Shown here piece by piece: positions 8,480 through 16,737 of a stretch of DNA of 64,000 bases. Origin of the DNA: an uncultured Acidobacteriota bacterium (GTDB taxonomy: Bacteria; Acidobacteriota; Terriglobia; Terriglobales; Acidobacteriaceae); contig CAWGBW010000004.1 of NCBI GenBank assembly GCA_963820895.1, positions 10,023 through 74,022 of the forward strand. Direction: 5' to 3'. The position numbers and the translations under genes are program-made. Under the pieces are notes generated by a model. It searched no databases. It had not been told where the DNA came from and was given only the letters and a program-made list of their open reading frames with translations. Numbering within the stretch: the stretch's first letter is position 1; each line of letters starts with the position of its first letter.

Positions 8480-9811
8480 GCGAATTCGCTGCCCTACGAT
8501 GGCATCCTCGCCCGGCTGCAACATCCACACACCCACTACGAGCGTATTCGCATCCGCCGGGATGCCCTGGTTCGGCTTCTGCCCCGTGTTCGGATTCAAT
8601 TCAATCGAAGGCGTCCCATTCCGCAGCTCCTCAACGATTTGCGCAGTCGTATTGCCAATGACCGTCGGATCAAACCGTATCAGCAGATGCGGAACATGAT
8701 TCGCGATCTTCGGTACCACCGTCTCCGTCTTCACCGAAGGGATGGCCTTCACCGCATCGGCAATCAGATCAGCCCGCTTCTGATAGTCGCCCTGCATGGA
8801 CTCTTCCGTATGCGACAGCACCCAGTCGAGCGCGGCAACCATGCCCACAATCTGTTCCTTCGCCACCTTCATGCCGCGGCCGATTCCGTCTCCGGGATTA
8901 TTGTTCGCATGGGCCAGGTCCGTCAGGACTTTCCGGCCAAGCAGCAGGCCCGCGTTTTGTGGACCACGAATTCCCTTGCCTCCGGAAAAGGCCACCAAGT
9001 CAAAACCCATGCCGGTGTATTTCCATAAATTCGAAATCGGAGGCATGTCCGCCGCCGCATCCAGGTGACACGGAATGTTGTACTCGTGCGCCACGCGAAG
9101 CCACTCTTCACGGCCAATCTGCGCGGTCGCTGCGATTCCATCCTCATCCTCAGCAGCGTTGAAAAAATTCGTCATCACCGCATTGCCCGCGGCGCATGCG
9201 CGCTTGTAGTCATCGAGCGTCACCACCTCGGTCACCCGCGCTCCACACAGATACATCGCGCGGTCATATTCATAGCGATGCGCACTCTGCACAATGACCT
9301 GGTTCTTCATCCCGTCAATCGCCTGCGGCATATCCAAAATGCGCGCGTTGTTTGCATACTGCAGGCACGCAGCAGTTGCCAAAGTGATGGCGCCCGAAGC
9401 CCCCGACGTCACGACCGCTCCCTCGCACTTCAGGAGCCGGGCGATGTACTCTCCGGCCTTCTGCTGCAAATCGTGCAACCGCACCGGATGCAGCGCCGCC
9501 TTCTGCACCGCCGCCAGAACCTCCGGAGGCATACACGCCGCCGTCAGCGTTGTGTAAGTCCCAGCCGCATTGATAATGGGTCGCACGCCCAGCTTCGCGT
9601 AGTAATCCTCTCCCTCTGTCTCTGCCGGGGATGTCATCCCCGATGAAAGTCCCTTGGCGGACGAAACCAGCGGCGCCAGTCCCAGCCCCGCAGCCAGCGA
9701 GCTGGACAAGCGGAAGAAGCTCCGACGCGAAAAAAAACCTTTTAATGATTCAGCCGATCCTGACATGTGAGCGCTCCTTGAGCCCGGCAATTCGCGGACA
9801 AATTCTCGCAT
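8456..9811 (-). CDS. SelA/DgaE-like PLP-dependent enzyme with a twin-arginine signal (cassette ORF)
   Basis: SRRSFF Tat motif, and FSGGKGIRGPQNAGLLLG (a SelA-type PLP-lysine motif). The start may be the ATG at 9766. Confidence 0.75.
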   Translation of the reverse strand: MREFVRELPGSRSAHMSGSAESLKGFFSRRSFFRLSSSLAAGLGLAPLVSSAKGLSSGMTSPAETEGEDYYAKLGVRPIINAAGTYTTLTAACMPPEVLAAVQKAALHPVRLHDLQQKAGEYIARLLKCEGAVVTSGASGAITLATAACLQYANNARILDMPQAIDGMKNQVIVQSAHRYEYDRAMYLCGARVTEVVTLDDYKRACAAGNAVMTNFFNAAEDEDGIAATAQIGREEWLRVAHEYNIPCHLDAAADMPPISNLWKYTGMGFDLVAFSGGKGIRGPQNAGLLLGRKVLTDLAHANNNPGDGIGRGMKVAKEQIVGMVAALDWVLSHTEESMQGDYQKRADLIADAVKAIPSVKTETVVPKIANHVPHLLIRFDPTVIGNTTAQIVEELRNGTPSIELNPNTGQKPNQGIPADANTLVVGVWMLQPGEDAIVGQRIRAALTKKA

Positions 9812-9851
9812 GGAAGTCCGTTGCCGGGAGCAAAGAATTTGTCCCCCCTGG

Positions 9852-9927
9852 ACATAATTCTTGAAGAAGACTCCGCTGCTTTTTTTGAGTCGTTCTGAGT
9901 GTAAAGGCCTGGTTTCGTCAGTTATCG
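9852..9927 (+). repeat. attC-like palindrome with a degenerate left arm
   Basis: TTGAAGAAGACTCCGCTGC...TGAGTGTAAAGGCCTGGTTTCGTCAG|TTATCG. Confidence 0.45.
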
Positions 9928-9968
9928 TTTCGGCTAGATGGAGTCTAACGTAAGATCAGGGAACGAAG

Positions 9969-10577
9969 ATGGTTAACGACTTCTCCACCGAATATTCAGA
10001 GCGGAGCGATGACGAGCTTTTGCTGTTGGCATCTGATCGGGCTTCATTAACAACAGAAGCCGCTGCCGCTTTAGACGCTGAATTGATTCGTCGCAATCTC
10101 AGCGAGTCCGACCAAGTTAAACATCAGCAATTCGTCAAGCGGAATGAGCAGCGTGAAGCAAAGAAGCGTCGCCGGAAAATATTCGGCACCCGGAGAGACC
10201 GGGGTGCATGGCTTGACCTGCTCTGGACAATACTAGCGATGGCCCTGATTTCGTTCACCTACCTCGCGCTACCCAGCCGCTACCACATGAAACCCGATTG
10301 GCAGGAAGCGGCCGTGCATATGATGTTCGTGTCAATTTTTATCGCAGTCGTTGGCAGGTCGTGGTGGCGAAAGATCGGCTTTGGGATATCGTTGATCTTG
10401 TCGTCTGCCATCCACCTTTTCGTTGTCCATGCTTGGATACAGCGGGTCGGAAATCCCAGCCGCGGGCAAAGAAGACTCGCGATCTTGCTTGGCTTTGTGC
10501 TGTTCTTTGCTGTCTATGGACTCGGGCGCCTGTTGCGGCGGAACTTCTACGCCACAGAATCTCGTAACCACACATAA
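9969..10577 (+). CDS. Hypothetical membrane protein (cassette ORF)
   Basis: 202-aa ORF with a charged N-terminal region followed by 4 TM segments. Confidence 0.6.
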   Translation: MVNDFSTEYSERSDDELLLLASDRASLTTEAAAALDAELIRRNLSESDQVKHQQFVKRNEQREAKKRRRKIFGTRRDRGAWLDLLWTILAMALISFTYLALPSRYHMKPDWQEAAVHMMFVSIFIAVVGRSWWRKIGFGISLILSSAIHLFVVHAWIQRVGNPSRGQRRLAILLGFVLFFAVYGLGRLLRRNFYATESRNHT

Positions 10578-10580
10578 AAG

Positions 10581-10600
10581 AGAACGAGTACGTTCTTTTT
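10581..10600 (+). terminator. Small hairpin plus T-run
   Basis: AGAACG-AGTA-CGTTCT followed by TTTT. It abuts the next attC-like site. Confidence 0.4.
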
Positions 10601-10672
10601 AGTTGTTGAAAGTCGCGATTTCACTCAAAATCCTCCTCAATGAGCGCTATCGCCTGCTAACGTCAGTTGTGA
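10595..10672 (+). repeat. attC-like imperfect palindrome
   Basis: TAG|TTGTTGAAAGTCGCGATTTCACTCAAAA...CTCAATGAGCGCTATCGCCTGCTAACGTCAG|TTGTGA. Confidence 0.7.
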
Positions 10673-10673
10673 A

Positions 10674-11225
10674 TCAGGGCCGAGTTGCTGCACTACGATT
10701 CAGGGCCAGACGTACAACCGTGACACTGATCCCGAAAATGGCTAGCGCCACGCCACCCGCGATGGACAACAGCGCCCACATCCCAGCCGCTCCAATCGAA
10801 CCTTCCTGACGTGTAATAGTGATCACGGCAAGACTGATTGCTAGTGGCCCGGAACCAGAGGTCGCGACAAAAGCAGCGAAAACAAAGAGCAGGCGTTCCA
10901 CGACACCAGAGCACAAGGCTATGCGCGGCATCAGACGCCAAACAGTCACTGCCATCCCAGTTGCAATGAAAAACGGGGTGACCATGACCAGCAGGAAGAA
11001 CACGAAACCCGCTCGGCCATTCAAATTGCTTGTCAGACGAATCCCACTTGCGACCGCCACGACAGCGCAAAAAAGCGCGAGGGTGATTGCCCCTGTGGTA
11101 CCGGGGCGTGCCGGAGATTCAGGCATTTGGATGTTGCTCCGTGCATAGAAGTGTACGGCGCAGGACGGCAACGTAGTGATGACTGTCGTAACATCGCCTC
11201 TCTCACTCATCGTCCGATTACACAC
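10674..11225 (-). CDS. Hypothetical membrane protein (cassette ORF, start uncertain)
   Basis: 183-aa hydrophobic ORF. The stop lies 2 nt from the repeat end, and the start codon lies 13 nt from the next repeat. Confidence 0.5.
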   Translation of the reverse strand: MCNRTMSERGDVTTVITTLPSCAVHFYARSNIQMPESPARPGTTGAITLALFCAVVAVASGIRLTSNLNGRAGFVFFLLVMVTPFFIATGMAVTVWRLMPRIALCSGVVERLLFVFAAFVATSGSGPLAISLAVITITRQEGSIGAAGMWALLSIAGGVALAIFGISVTVVRLALNRSAATRP

Positions 11226-11237
11226 GAATCGTTCCGA

Positions 11238-11298
11238 TGTGAACTGAATCGAAAGCAGTCGAAATTTGAGCGCAAACGCCTGATTTCGTCAGCTACTC
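11238..11298 (+). repeat. Short attC-like palindrome
   Basis: TGTGAAC|TGAATCGAAAGCAG...TTGAGCGCAAACGCCTGATTTCGTCAG|CTACTC. Confidence 0.65.
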
Positions 11299-11856
11299 GT
11301 GAACCGCGGTGTCGTGAGCCGATTGCCGACCCTGACGTGAGCCTCGGGCTGCAAACCACGACAACAGGAGCGCGACGTTGCCAACGTTCAGCACTGCTAC
11401 GCTTCTATAAGAGTCCATCAATGGTAGAGACAAGAGAGCACAAATCGCGGCAAGGACAAGACAAGCCCGGTCCATTCGGGTGATGTGGGGTTTGCCCGAT
11501 GCAAAACGGACGCACAAAATGCCCATTGCAAACAGGCTCGCTGCCAGACTAAGCATGAGGAGCGGCGACACGTGCAATGAACTGGCGAATAACGTTGCTC
11601 CCAACAACCGCAATGCCGCATAGCCGACGAATCCAACGAATCCCCCAGCCCAGAACCTAACGGTAAACGCCATTATGACGATGCTGAGGATGATCAGCAG
11701 CCAGCCAATGACTATTTGAGACGAACTTGCCGCTACTTGGAGAAGTGTGCAACCGGAGAAAAAAGCAGCCGCGATGCAAATGGCGGCCACAATTTTTCCC
11801 CCGATCAGAAACCCAGATTTAACCTGCTCCTTCACCGGCCGTCTGTCGCGTTTCAC
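11293..11856 (-). CDS. Hypothetical membrane protein (cassette ORF)
   Basis: 187-aa ORF with 5-6 TM segments. The stop codon sits on the repeat boundary. Confidence 0.6.
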   Translation of the reverse strand: MKRDRRPVKEQVKSGFLIGGKIVAAICIAAAFFSGCTLLQVAASSSQIVIGWLLIILSIVIMAFTVRFWAGGFVGFVGYAALRLLGATLFASSLHVSPLLMLSLAASLFAMGILCVRFASGKPHITRMDRACLVLAAICALLSLPLMDSYRSVAVLNVGNVALLLSWFAARGSRQGRQSAHDTAVHE

Positions 11857-11887
11857 GTGGCTAATTCTATTGCTCCGAGCCTCTAAA

Positions 11888-11985
11888 GCCCAACAGGTGG
11901 CGAAAAATCGCGATTACACTCATTGACCGGAGCGGCCCATTTTCTGGGGTCAATGAGTGAAATCGCCTGGTTTCATCAATTGAGC
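11888..11985 (+). repeat. attC-like imperfect palindrome
   Basis: GCCCAAC|AGGTGGCGAAAAATCGCGATTACACTCATTGACC...GGTCAATGAGTGAAATCGCCTGGTTTCATCAA|TTGAGC. Confidence 0.75.
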
Positions 11986-12022
11986 ATCCCTCGGCAAACG
12001 CGACGAACGGTGATGCATTGGC

Positions 12023-12436
12023 CTAACGCCTAGTCCGCCTTAGGGATGCTAGGACAGGCAGTCCCCTCATGGTCAGCAACAAACCCGAACATATCAAACC
12101 GCTTAACAAACCTAGAACTCCAAGAAAGACTGACATAATCCAGTACGGCTCGTGCCACTTTATAAAATATCCCGCAATGGCAGCGAAAATGGTAAGAACA
12201 AGTGGAATTGCTAGAAGCCCAGACCACAGATATAGCCGTTTTTCATCGCTGGTCAAATGTTCCCACTCACGTCTACCGGTCTCATAGCGATTGCCGCAGA
12301 CACAAAGATAATATTCCCGCCCAATGGCCGTGTGCCGCCCATGGTGCGGCGGTGCAGCCCAAAACGTACTCCCACAACGGATGCAATGACGCCGCCGAAC
12401 CAAGATCAGAACGAGAATGTCTAAGATGCCGAACAT
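12023..12436 (-). CDS. Zinc-ribbon plus 2-3 TM hypothetical protein (cassette ORF)
   Basis: 137-aa ORF with CIRC...CVC cysteines followed by hydrophobic helices. Confidence 0.55.
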   Translation of the reverse strand: MFGILDILVLILVRRRHCIRCGSTFWAAPPHHGRHTAIGREYYLCVCGNRYETGRREWEHLTSDEKRLYLWSGLLAIPLVLTIFAAIAGYFIKWHEPYWIMSVFLGVLGLLSGLICSGLLLTMRGLPVLASLRRTRR

Positions 12437-12522
12437 CTGAGGATGTCTCCAAGTGCCATAAAGCGGAAATTGTACCGTGACTTGCCTAGTCTGGTAACGA
12501 AGAGATGGCTAGCAGAACGTAT

Positions 12523-12616
12523 GCTATTTTAATGAAATATCGCTATTACACTCATTGAGGGTTCTGGCAGTCCCGTCCGGTCAATGAGTGTAAACGGCTG
12601 ATTTCGTCAGCTACCA
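12523..12616 (+). repeat. attC-like imperfect palindrome
   Basis: TTTAATGAAATATCGCTATTACACTCATTGAGG...GGTCAATGAGTGTAAACGGCTGATTTCGTCAG|CTACCA. Confidence 0.7.
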
Positions 12617-12621
12617 TCGGC

Positions 12622-13389
12622 TCATTTTGGCGGTTCACTGCAAAACAGGTAACCAGAGCCAAGTTTTTCAACGTCCAGACGCCCGCGTGCTTCGTAGAAG
12701 TCTCTCCACGCATCTGGCATCACCTCGCAGATTTCACCACATCCCTGCTTCTGCGCAAGACACGCGAAGTCAAAGCGCGATGCACGGTGGCGCTCAGCTT
12801 GTGTTGCGCGTGGAGTCAACGATGATTGGAGACCGAAGCCATTTTTGCTTTTGAAGTCTCTGCGTTGAATGGAATAGGAATCTGAGATGTGGGCGTCAAC
12901 TCGCTCGTATTTTGGAAGAGCCTGACTCTCCCTCTGCGCAAATCCCCTCCAATTGCCATCGGACGCCTTGTACCACACCCAAAAGGAATACTGGAGAACA
13001 GTACCGTTTGCCATGTGTATTTCCGCATAACCCCACCAATCTTCAGATCCTAGACGGGGAAGGGATGGATGCCTCAGGTACACCGTTTCCATTGTGCTGT
13101 CGTTTAGGGAAATCAGGAACGTGCAGTTTTCAATGTGTTCGCGTGCTGAGCAGTTCTCTTTGTAATAGTCCCGACCGTCTGGCGGTGGCGCATTACCAAA
13201 CTCCCGTGCGATAGCCTCAGCAGCGTGGTTGTCAGACTTGCCGATTGCCAGTTGCTGAATCTCACGCACCAATTTCTGCGCCCGGCTAACGCGATAAGCG
13301 TTGTCATGCTGTGTATACGAGGCCCATGAAACGACACCCACACCGACGGCAATCGAGACAATTAAGAGTGTCAGTAAAGTCTTTCGCAT
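12622..13389 (-). CDS. Secreted or membrane-anchored hypothetical protein (cassette ORF)
   Basis: 255-aa ORF with an N-terminal signal/anchor (MRKTLLTLLIVSIAVGV). Confidence 0.6.
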   Translation of the reverse strand: MRKTLLTLLIVSIAVGVGVVSWASYTQHDNAYRVSRAQKLVREIQQLAIGKSDNHAAEAIAREFGNAPPPDGRDYYKENCSAREHIENCTFLISLNDSTMETVYLRHPSLPRLGSEDWWGYAEIHMANGTVLQYSFWVWYKASDGNWRGFAQRESQALPKYERVDAHISDSYSIQRRDFKSKNGFGLQSSLTPRATQAERHRASRFDFACLAQKQGCGEICEVMPDAWRDFYEARGRLDVEKLGSGYLFCSEPPK

Positions 13390-13431
13390 CTATCTAATTG
13401 GACACCACGCAATGGTCGGCTGGCGTCGGCA

Positions 13432-14145
13432 TCACCATCCAGCCCGTGCAGCAGGACTTCGGGTTAAGAGGACGCGGCTCACAACCACGACCCACACGAC
13501 GCCGATGATGGGCGAGACGAACCGCGAATAGGCGCCGTACGGTGACCAGAATCCGTCCCTCAGCCACGTGGTGCCGCCCAGCAAGACGAGGACGACGGCT
13601 GCGACCCCGGCCGCGAAGAGCGCATTCGAGATCAGCCGGGCCCGCCAAAGCCCGAAGGATCCGGACATGATCAGCATCGCCCGCGGGAACGAAGTCAAGA
13701 CGACGCCGGCCCACGCTAAGTCGTTCAGTCCCGATGTGAACGTCTGATTTCCTGAACCGGCGATCGAGTACGCGAGGGCTGCGACCACGGTGATGAGCAG
13801 GAGGAAAAGCGCTCCCACCGCGGCGCTGGAAGCGGTTGCCGCCGCGCCCCAGCCGTCTTGCCCGGCATCCGCCAAGGTGTTCCGAAGCGCCGCCGCGAAC
13901 CACATCAGGTTGAGGATCGCCAGCCCGGAGAACACCGCGGCGATCAGGATCCGCATGCGCTCGCCGTCGTAGAACACGACGAGTGCGTCGGGCGACGCGC
14001 CAACCTCCGGCTGATGGCCGTAGACGAGGTACGCGATGATGAAGCAGAAAATGGATTGAATTCCGCCCGTGCGCCACAAGCGTTCCCAGAACGCAGGGGT
14101 GGTGTACACGCTGGTGGAGGATGAGGCTGCGCTGGATGCACTCAT
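13432..14145 (-). CDS. Hypothetical 6-TM membrane protein, visibly more GC-rich than its neighbours
   Basis: 237-aa ORF with a strong SD (AGAGGAG). The antisense ORFs across it are typical of high-GC coding sequence. Confidence 0.65.
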   Translation of the reverse strand: MSASSAASSSTSVYTTPAFWERLWRTGGIQSIFCFIIAYLVYGHQPEVGASPDALVVFYDGERMRILIAAVFSGLAILNLMWFAAALRNTLADAGQDGWGAAATASSAAVGALFLLLITVVAALAYSIAGSGNQTFTSGLNDLAWAGVVLTSFPRAMLIMSGSFGLWRARLISNALFAAGVAAVVLVLLGGTTWLRDGFWSPYGAYSRFVSPIIGVVWVVVVSRVLLTRSPAARAGW

Positions 14146-14156
14146 GGGGATCTCCT

Positions 14157-14296
14157 CTTGAACTCAAGGTGACTTCGGACGCCCCGCGGCCCGAGACATT
14201 GCGGTAGCGCACTCTTGTTGGGCCGATTTGGGGTGAAATCTTAGCTCCAGAGCCGTCGCGAGTCAATGAGAGCGGACACTTTGGGGAAGTGCCAAC
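14157..14296 (+). repeat. Degenerate long attC-like element
   Basis: CTTGAAC|TCAAGG...GCGGTAGCGCACTCTTGTTGG...AGTCAATGAGAGCGGACACTTTGGGGAAGTG|CCAACG. It abuts the next copy. Confidence 0.4.
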
Positions 14297-14379
14297 GAAC
14301 CTGTTGGCGAAAAATTCCCATAGCACTCTTTGACGAACGAAGTGATAACGTCTGCGGCACTGACGTATGCCTGTTGAGA
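14290..14379 (+). repeat. attC-like imperfect palindrome (subtype 2)
   Basis: TGCCAAC|GAACCTGTTGGCGAAAAATTCCCATAGCACTCTTTGAC...CACTGACGTATGCCTG|TTGAGA. Confidence 0.6.
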
Positions 14380-14392
14380 TACCCAACCGGCC

Positions 14393-15097
14393 TTATTTTG
14401 TTTTGACGCGTACGACTTCGATACGCAACATCTGGCCTGGGAGGGGATGGTCCACGACACCTGGAATGATCTGCTGCCTGTCGGGGGCGGTCTTGCCATT
14501 GTCGATCTGCCGATCGTTCCCGTCGGCAACCCGGATGACAACAGTGGCACCGGCTGCTACGGCAATGGTTGCCTCGAAGTCTTCCTTGTAGATGACATGT
14601 CCTACCGAGGGATAGTGATTCAGCCAATAGGTTTGTTTGGGTTCCGAGACTTCGATTCCCCATTGGGACCAATCCACCGTGCTAACCGTACCACCGGCCT
14701 TGAAGTATGGGTGTATGGGGTCAGGCGTGTCTCCCCCAAGAATTGTGGTGGGTTCGAAAATACCGCGAATGCGAAGAGTCACGTCGTACACGGTTCCATG
14801 CTTTCCGCCAAAGGTGAATGAGCGCTCGTGTAACCGGTCATGGAGGCAGGTGTCAGGCTGGGGCGGGTATTGCGCAGTGCAATCGTCGTGCAAGAAGAAG
14901 TGCGCGAAGCCTGCGGCAACCTGCATGAGTTCGTCTGACGGCGTAGCCGGAGCAGGGACACTCATTTGCTCGAAATAAACCTTCCCATGCCCGCAACCGA
15001 AAGCTGCGAGGCAGAGAACAGTCACCGCTCCTCGGAACACCTCTGGCGTGAAGCAGAGTCGGAGCCGCCTGAAGTTTAGTGTCTTGAATGTCCGCAT
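14393..15097 (-). CDS. Secreted hypothetical protein (cassette ORF)
   Basis: ORF 14393..15136 trimmed to the ATG at 15097 (SD GAGGGG). Lipoprotein-like signal ...LCLAAFGCG. Confidence 0.6.
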   Translation of the reverse strand: MRTFKTLNFRRLRLCFTPEVFRGAVTVLCLAAFGCGHGKVYFEQMSVPAPATPSDELMQVAAGFAHFFLHDDCTAQYPPQPDTCLHDRLHERSFTFGGKHGTVYDVTLRIRGIFEPTTILGGDTPDPIHPYFKAGGTVSTVDWSQWGIEVSEPKQTYWLNHYPSVGHVIYKEDFEATIAVAAGATVVIRVADGNDRQIDNGKTAPDRQQIIPGVVDHPLPGQMLRIEVVRVKTK

Positions 15098-15102
15098 GAC
15101 CC

Positions 15103-15203
15103 CTCGGGCTTTGAAGACTGCCCCAGCGCGGTGCAATAGTCAAGGTTCGTCGGGAACTCCATCGAAAACTCCAATCGGCCTGTTAGCAACAGTTATCATT
15201 CCG
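15103..15203 (+). repeat. attC-like element with a poor left arm
   Basis: TTTGAAGACTGCC...TCCAATCGGCCTGTTAGCAACAG|TTATCA. The right arm closely matches the copies ending at 10672 and 20470. Confidence 0.45.
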
Positions 15204-15210
15204 GAGGAGT

Positions 15211-15327
15211 GTGGGGTCAACTAAGGATTCCCTACGACTGGCGTTCTTTGCTGTCCTAATCTCGATGATGGCTGTTGGATTAGTCCTTGGCGTTCTTGTC
15301 ATTCGTGTCAGCATTCGGAATGTCTGA
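15211..15327 (+). CDS. Candidate 38-aa hydrophobic mini-protein
   Basis: Hand-read: GGAGGAG then GTG, giving MGSTKDSLRLAFFAVLISMMAVGLVLGVLVIRVSIRNV. The SD-to-start spacing is short. Too small for the ORF track. Confidence 0.25.
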   Translation: MGSTKDSLRLAFFAVLISMMAVGLVLGVLVIRVSIRNV

Positions 15328-15487
15328 TGAGGCGTTAATCTTACCCCCGTCAACTGTCCTCGATGCAAACAATTGATGCCAACGGTTCGCAAGCCGAAAT
15401 CAGTGTCTCAAGCCATGTGGGGCGGCTGGACATGCGAACAATGCGGTTGTGCGATGAACAAGTGGGGACGCGAGATTAAACCTTCGT

Positions 15488-15564
15488 AGCCAATTGAAGT
15501 AACGTCCTATTACACTCATCCGATGAGAGAGGATGAGTGCAATGGCCTGGAACTTTAGGTTCGT
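15488..15564 (+). repeat. attC-like imperfect palindrome
   Basis: AGCCAAT|TGAAGTAACGTCCTATTACACTCATCC...GGATGAGTGCAATGGCCTGGAACTTTAG|GTTCGT. Confidence 0.65.
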
Positions 15565-15580
15565 CTTAGGAGTTATAGCC

Positions 15581-16492
15581 ATGGGAAACATTTTTGGCAG
15601 AGCCGCTCTAGCGGGCGTCGTAATGTTTGCTGCAAACGGTGGGCTCCTCGGCGCAGCAAATGCCGGTGGATCGTCCATTCTGGAGCCGGCGGCGGGTGCG
15701 TTGCTCGGACAGTACTACGGCGCCGGTAATCTGGCCCAGACCACGGCGAAGCTCGGGCGGACACCTCCCGTTCACCTCACGTATTACGCGTGGACCGACG
15801 ACTGGACAAGCACGGTGACCAAAGCAGATCTGGCCGCTGGACGCATCCCTCTCGTCAATTGGGAACCCCACAAGATCGACTTCACCAAGATCGTCGACGG
15901 AAGCCTCGATGCCACGATAAAGGCGCGTGCAAACAGCTCCAAAGCGCTGGGGAAGAAGTTCTTCCTCGACTTCGCAGCGGAGATGAATGGTGACGAGGCG
16001 TGGGATGGCAACAATGCTCCTCTGTACGTTGCTGCCTATCGACATATTCACGACATCTTTCTTGCTGCGGGCGCTACCAATGTGATCTGGGCGTGGTGCC
16101 CAAACGTCACGGACATCAACGGAGGTAACAAGAACACGATGGACTACTACCCAGGCGATGCCTACGTCGATTGGACTGGGGTCGATGGGTACAACTGGGG
16201 TACGACCAACGGTGGCTGGCAGACCTTCGAACAGGTTTTCCGGGAAATCTACCCGCTCCTCGCAGCCAAGAAAAAGCCGATCATGATTGGAGAGATGTCT
16301 TCTGCTCAAGTGGGGGGAGACAAGGGCAAGTGGATCGATGAAATCATTCCCACCCTTCGCGCCAGTTTCCCGCTCATCAAATGTCTCGTCTGGTTCGACA
16401 TCAACAAGGAAGCCGATTGGCGCATCAGCTCGTCTCCCGAATCGGAAGCGGCGTTCATTCGCATGGCAAGAGATCCTTATTTCAATCCGTAG
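15581..16492 (+). CDS. Glycoside hydrolase family 26-like (beta-mannanase/endoglucanase) (cassette ORF)
   Basis: ORF 15533.. trimmed to the ATG at 15581 (SD TAGGAG just after the repeat). The motifs FAAEMNGDEAW and YPGDAYVDWTGVDGYNWG are GH26-like. Confidence 0.75.
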   Translation: MGNIFGRAALAGVVMFAANGGLLGAANAGGSSILEPAAGALLGQYYGAGNLAQTTAKLGRTPPVHLTYYAWTDDWTSTVTKADLAAGRIPLVNWEPHKIDFTKIVDGSLDATIKARANSSKALGKKFFLDFAAEMNGDEAWDGNNAPLYVAAYRHIHDIFLAAGATNVIWAWCPNVTDINGGNKNTMDYYPGDAYVDWTGVDGYNWGTTNGGWQTFEQVFREIYPLLAAKKKPIMIGEMSSAQVGGDKGKWIDEIIPTLRASFPLIKCLVWFDINKEADWRISSSPESEAAFIRMARDPYFNP

Positions 16493-16549
16493 GATCCTGG
16501 GACAAGCGGCGGCTTGCACGTGTTCTCCGAGCAATTTGGGCGACTCTCG

Positions 16550-16623
16550 AGTGGCATTGTCATGGAATCAATTACACTCATCATCCAGTCAATGAGCGTT
16601 ATCGGCTGGTCTCGTAAACCATC
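16550..16623 (+). repeat. attC-like imperfect palindrome
   Basis: TTGTCATGGAATCAATTACACTCATCATCC...GTCAATGAGCGTTATCGGCTGGTCTCGTAAA|CCATCC. Confidence 0.65.
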
Positions 16624-16737
16624 CAGAGCCCCTCTCCGCGTGCGGCTTCTCTTGTGAATTGTTCTCGGTGTACCCATCATCCGGGTTCTTGGACGAAGCG
16701 TCGATTGGATGTCGTGCTTCACAGCGGGAAAAGATAA

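Noticed and set aside
13394-14386. 330-aa minus-strand ORF overlapping 13432..14145
   Set aside because: It is an Arg/Gly/Pro-rich alternative frame of a GC-rich gene. The 237-aa frame has a strong SD and coherent TM helices.
15608-16534. 308-aa antisense ORF opposite the GH26 gene
   Set aside because: It has no domain-like sequence and is typical antisense open frame. The plus-strand frame carries the GH26 motifs.
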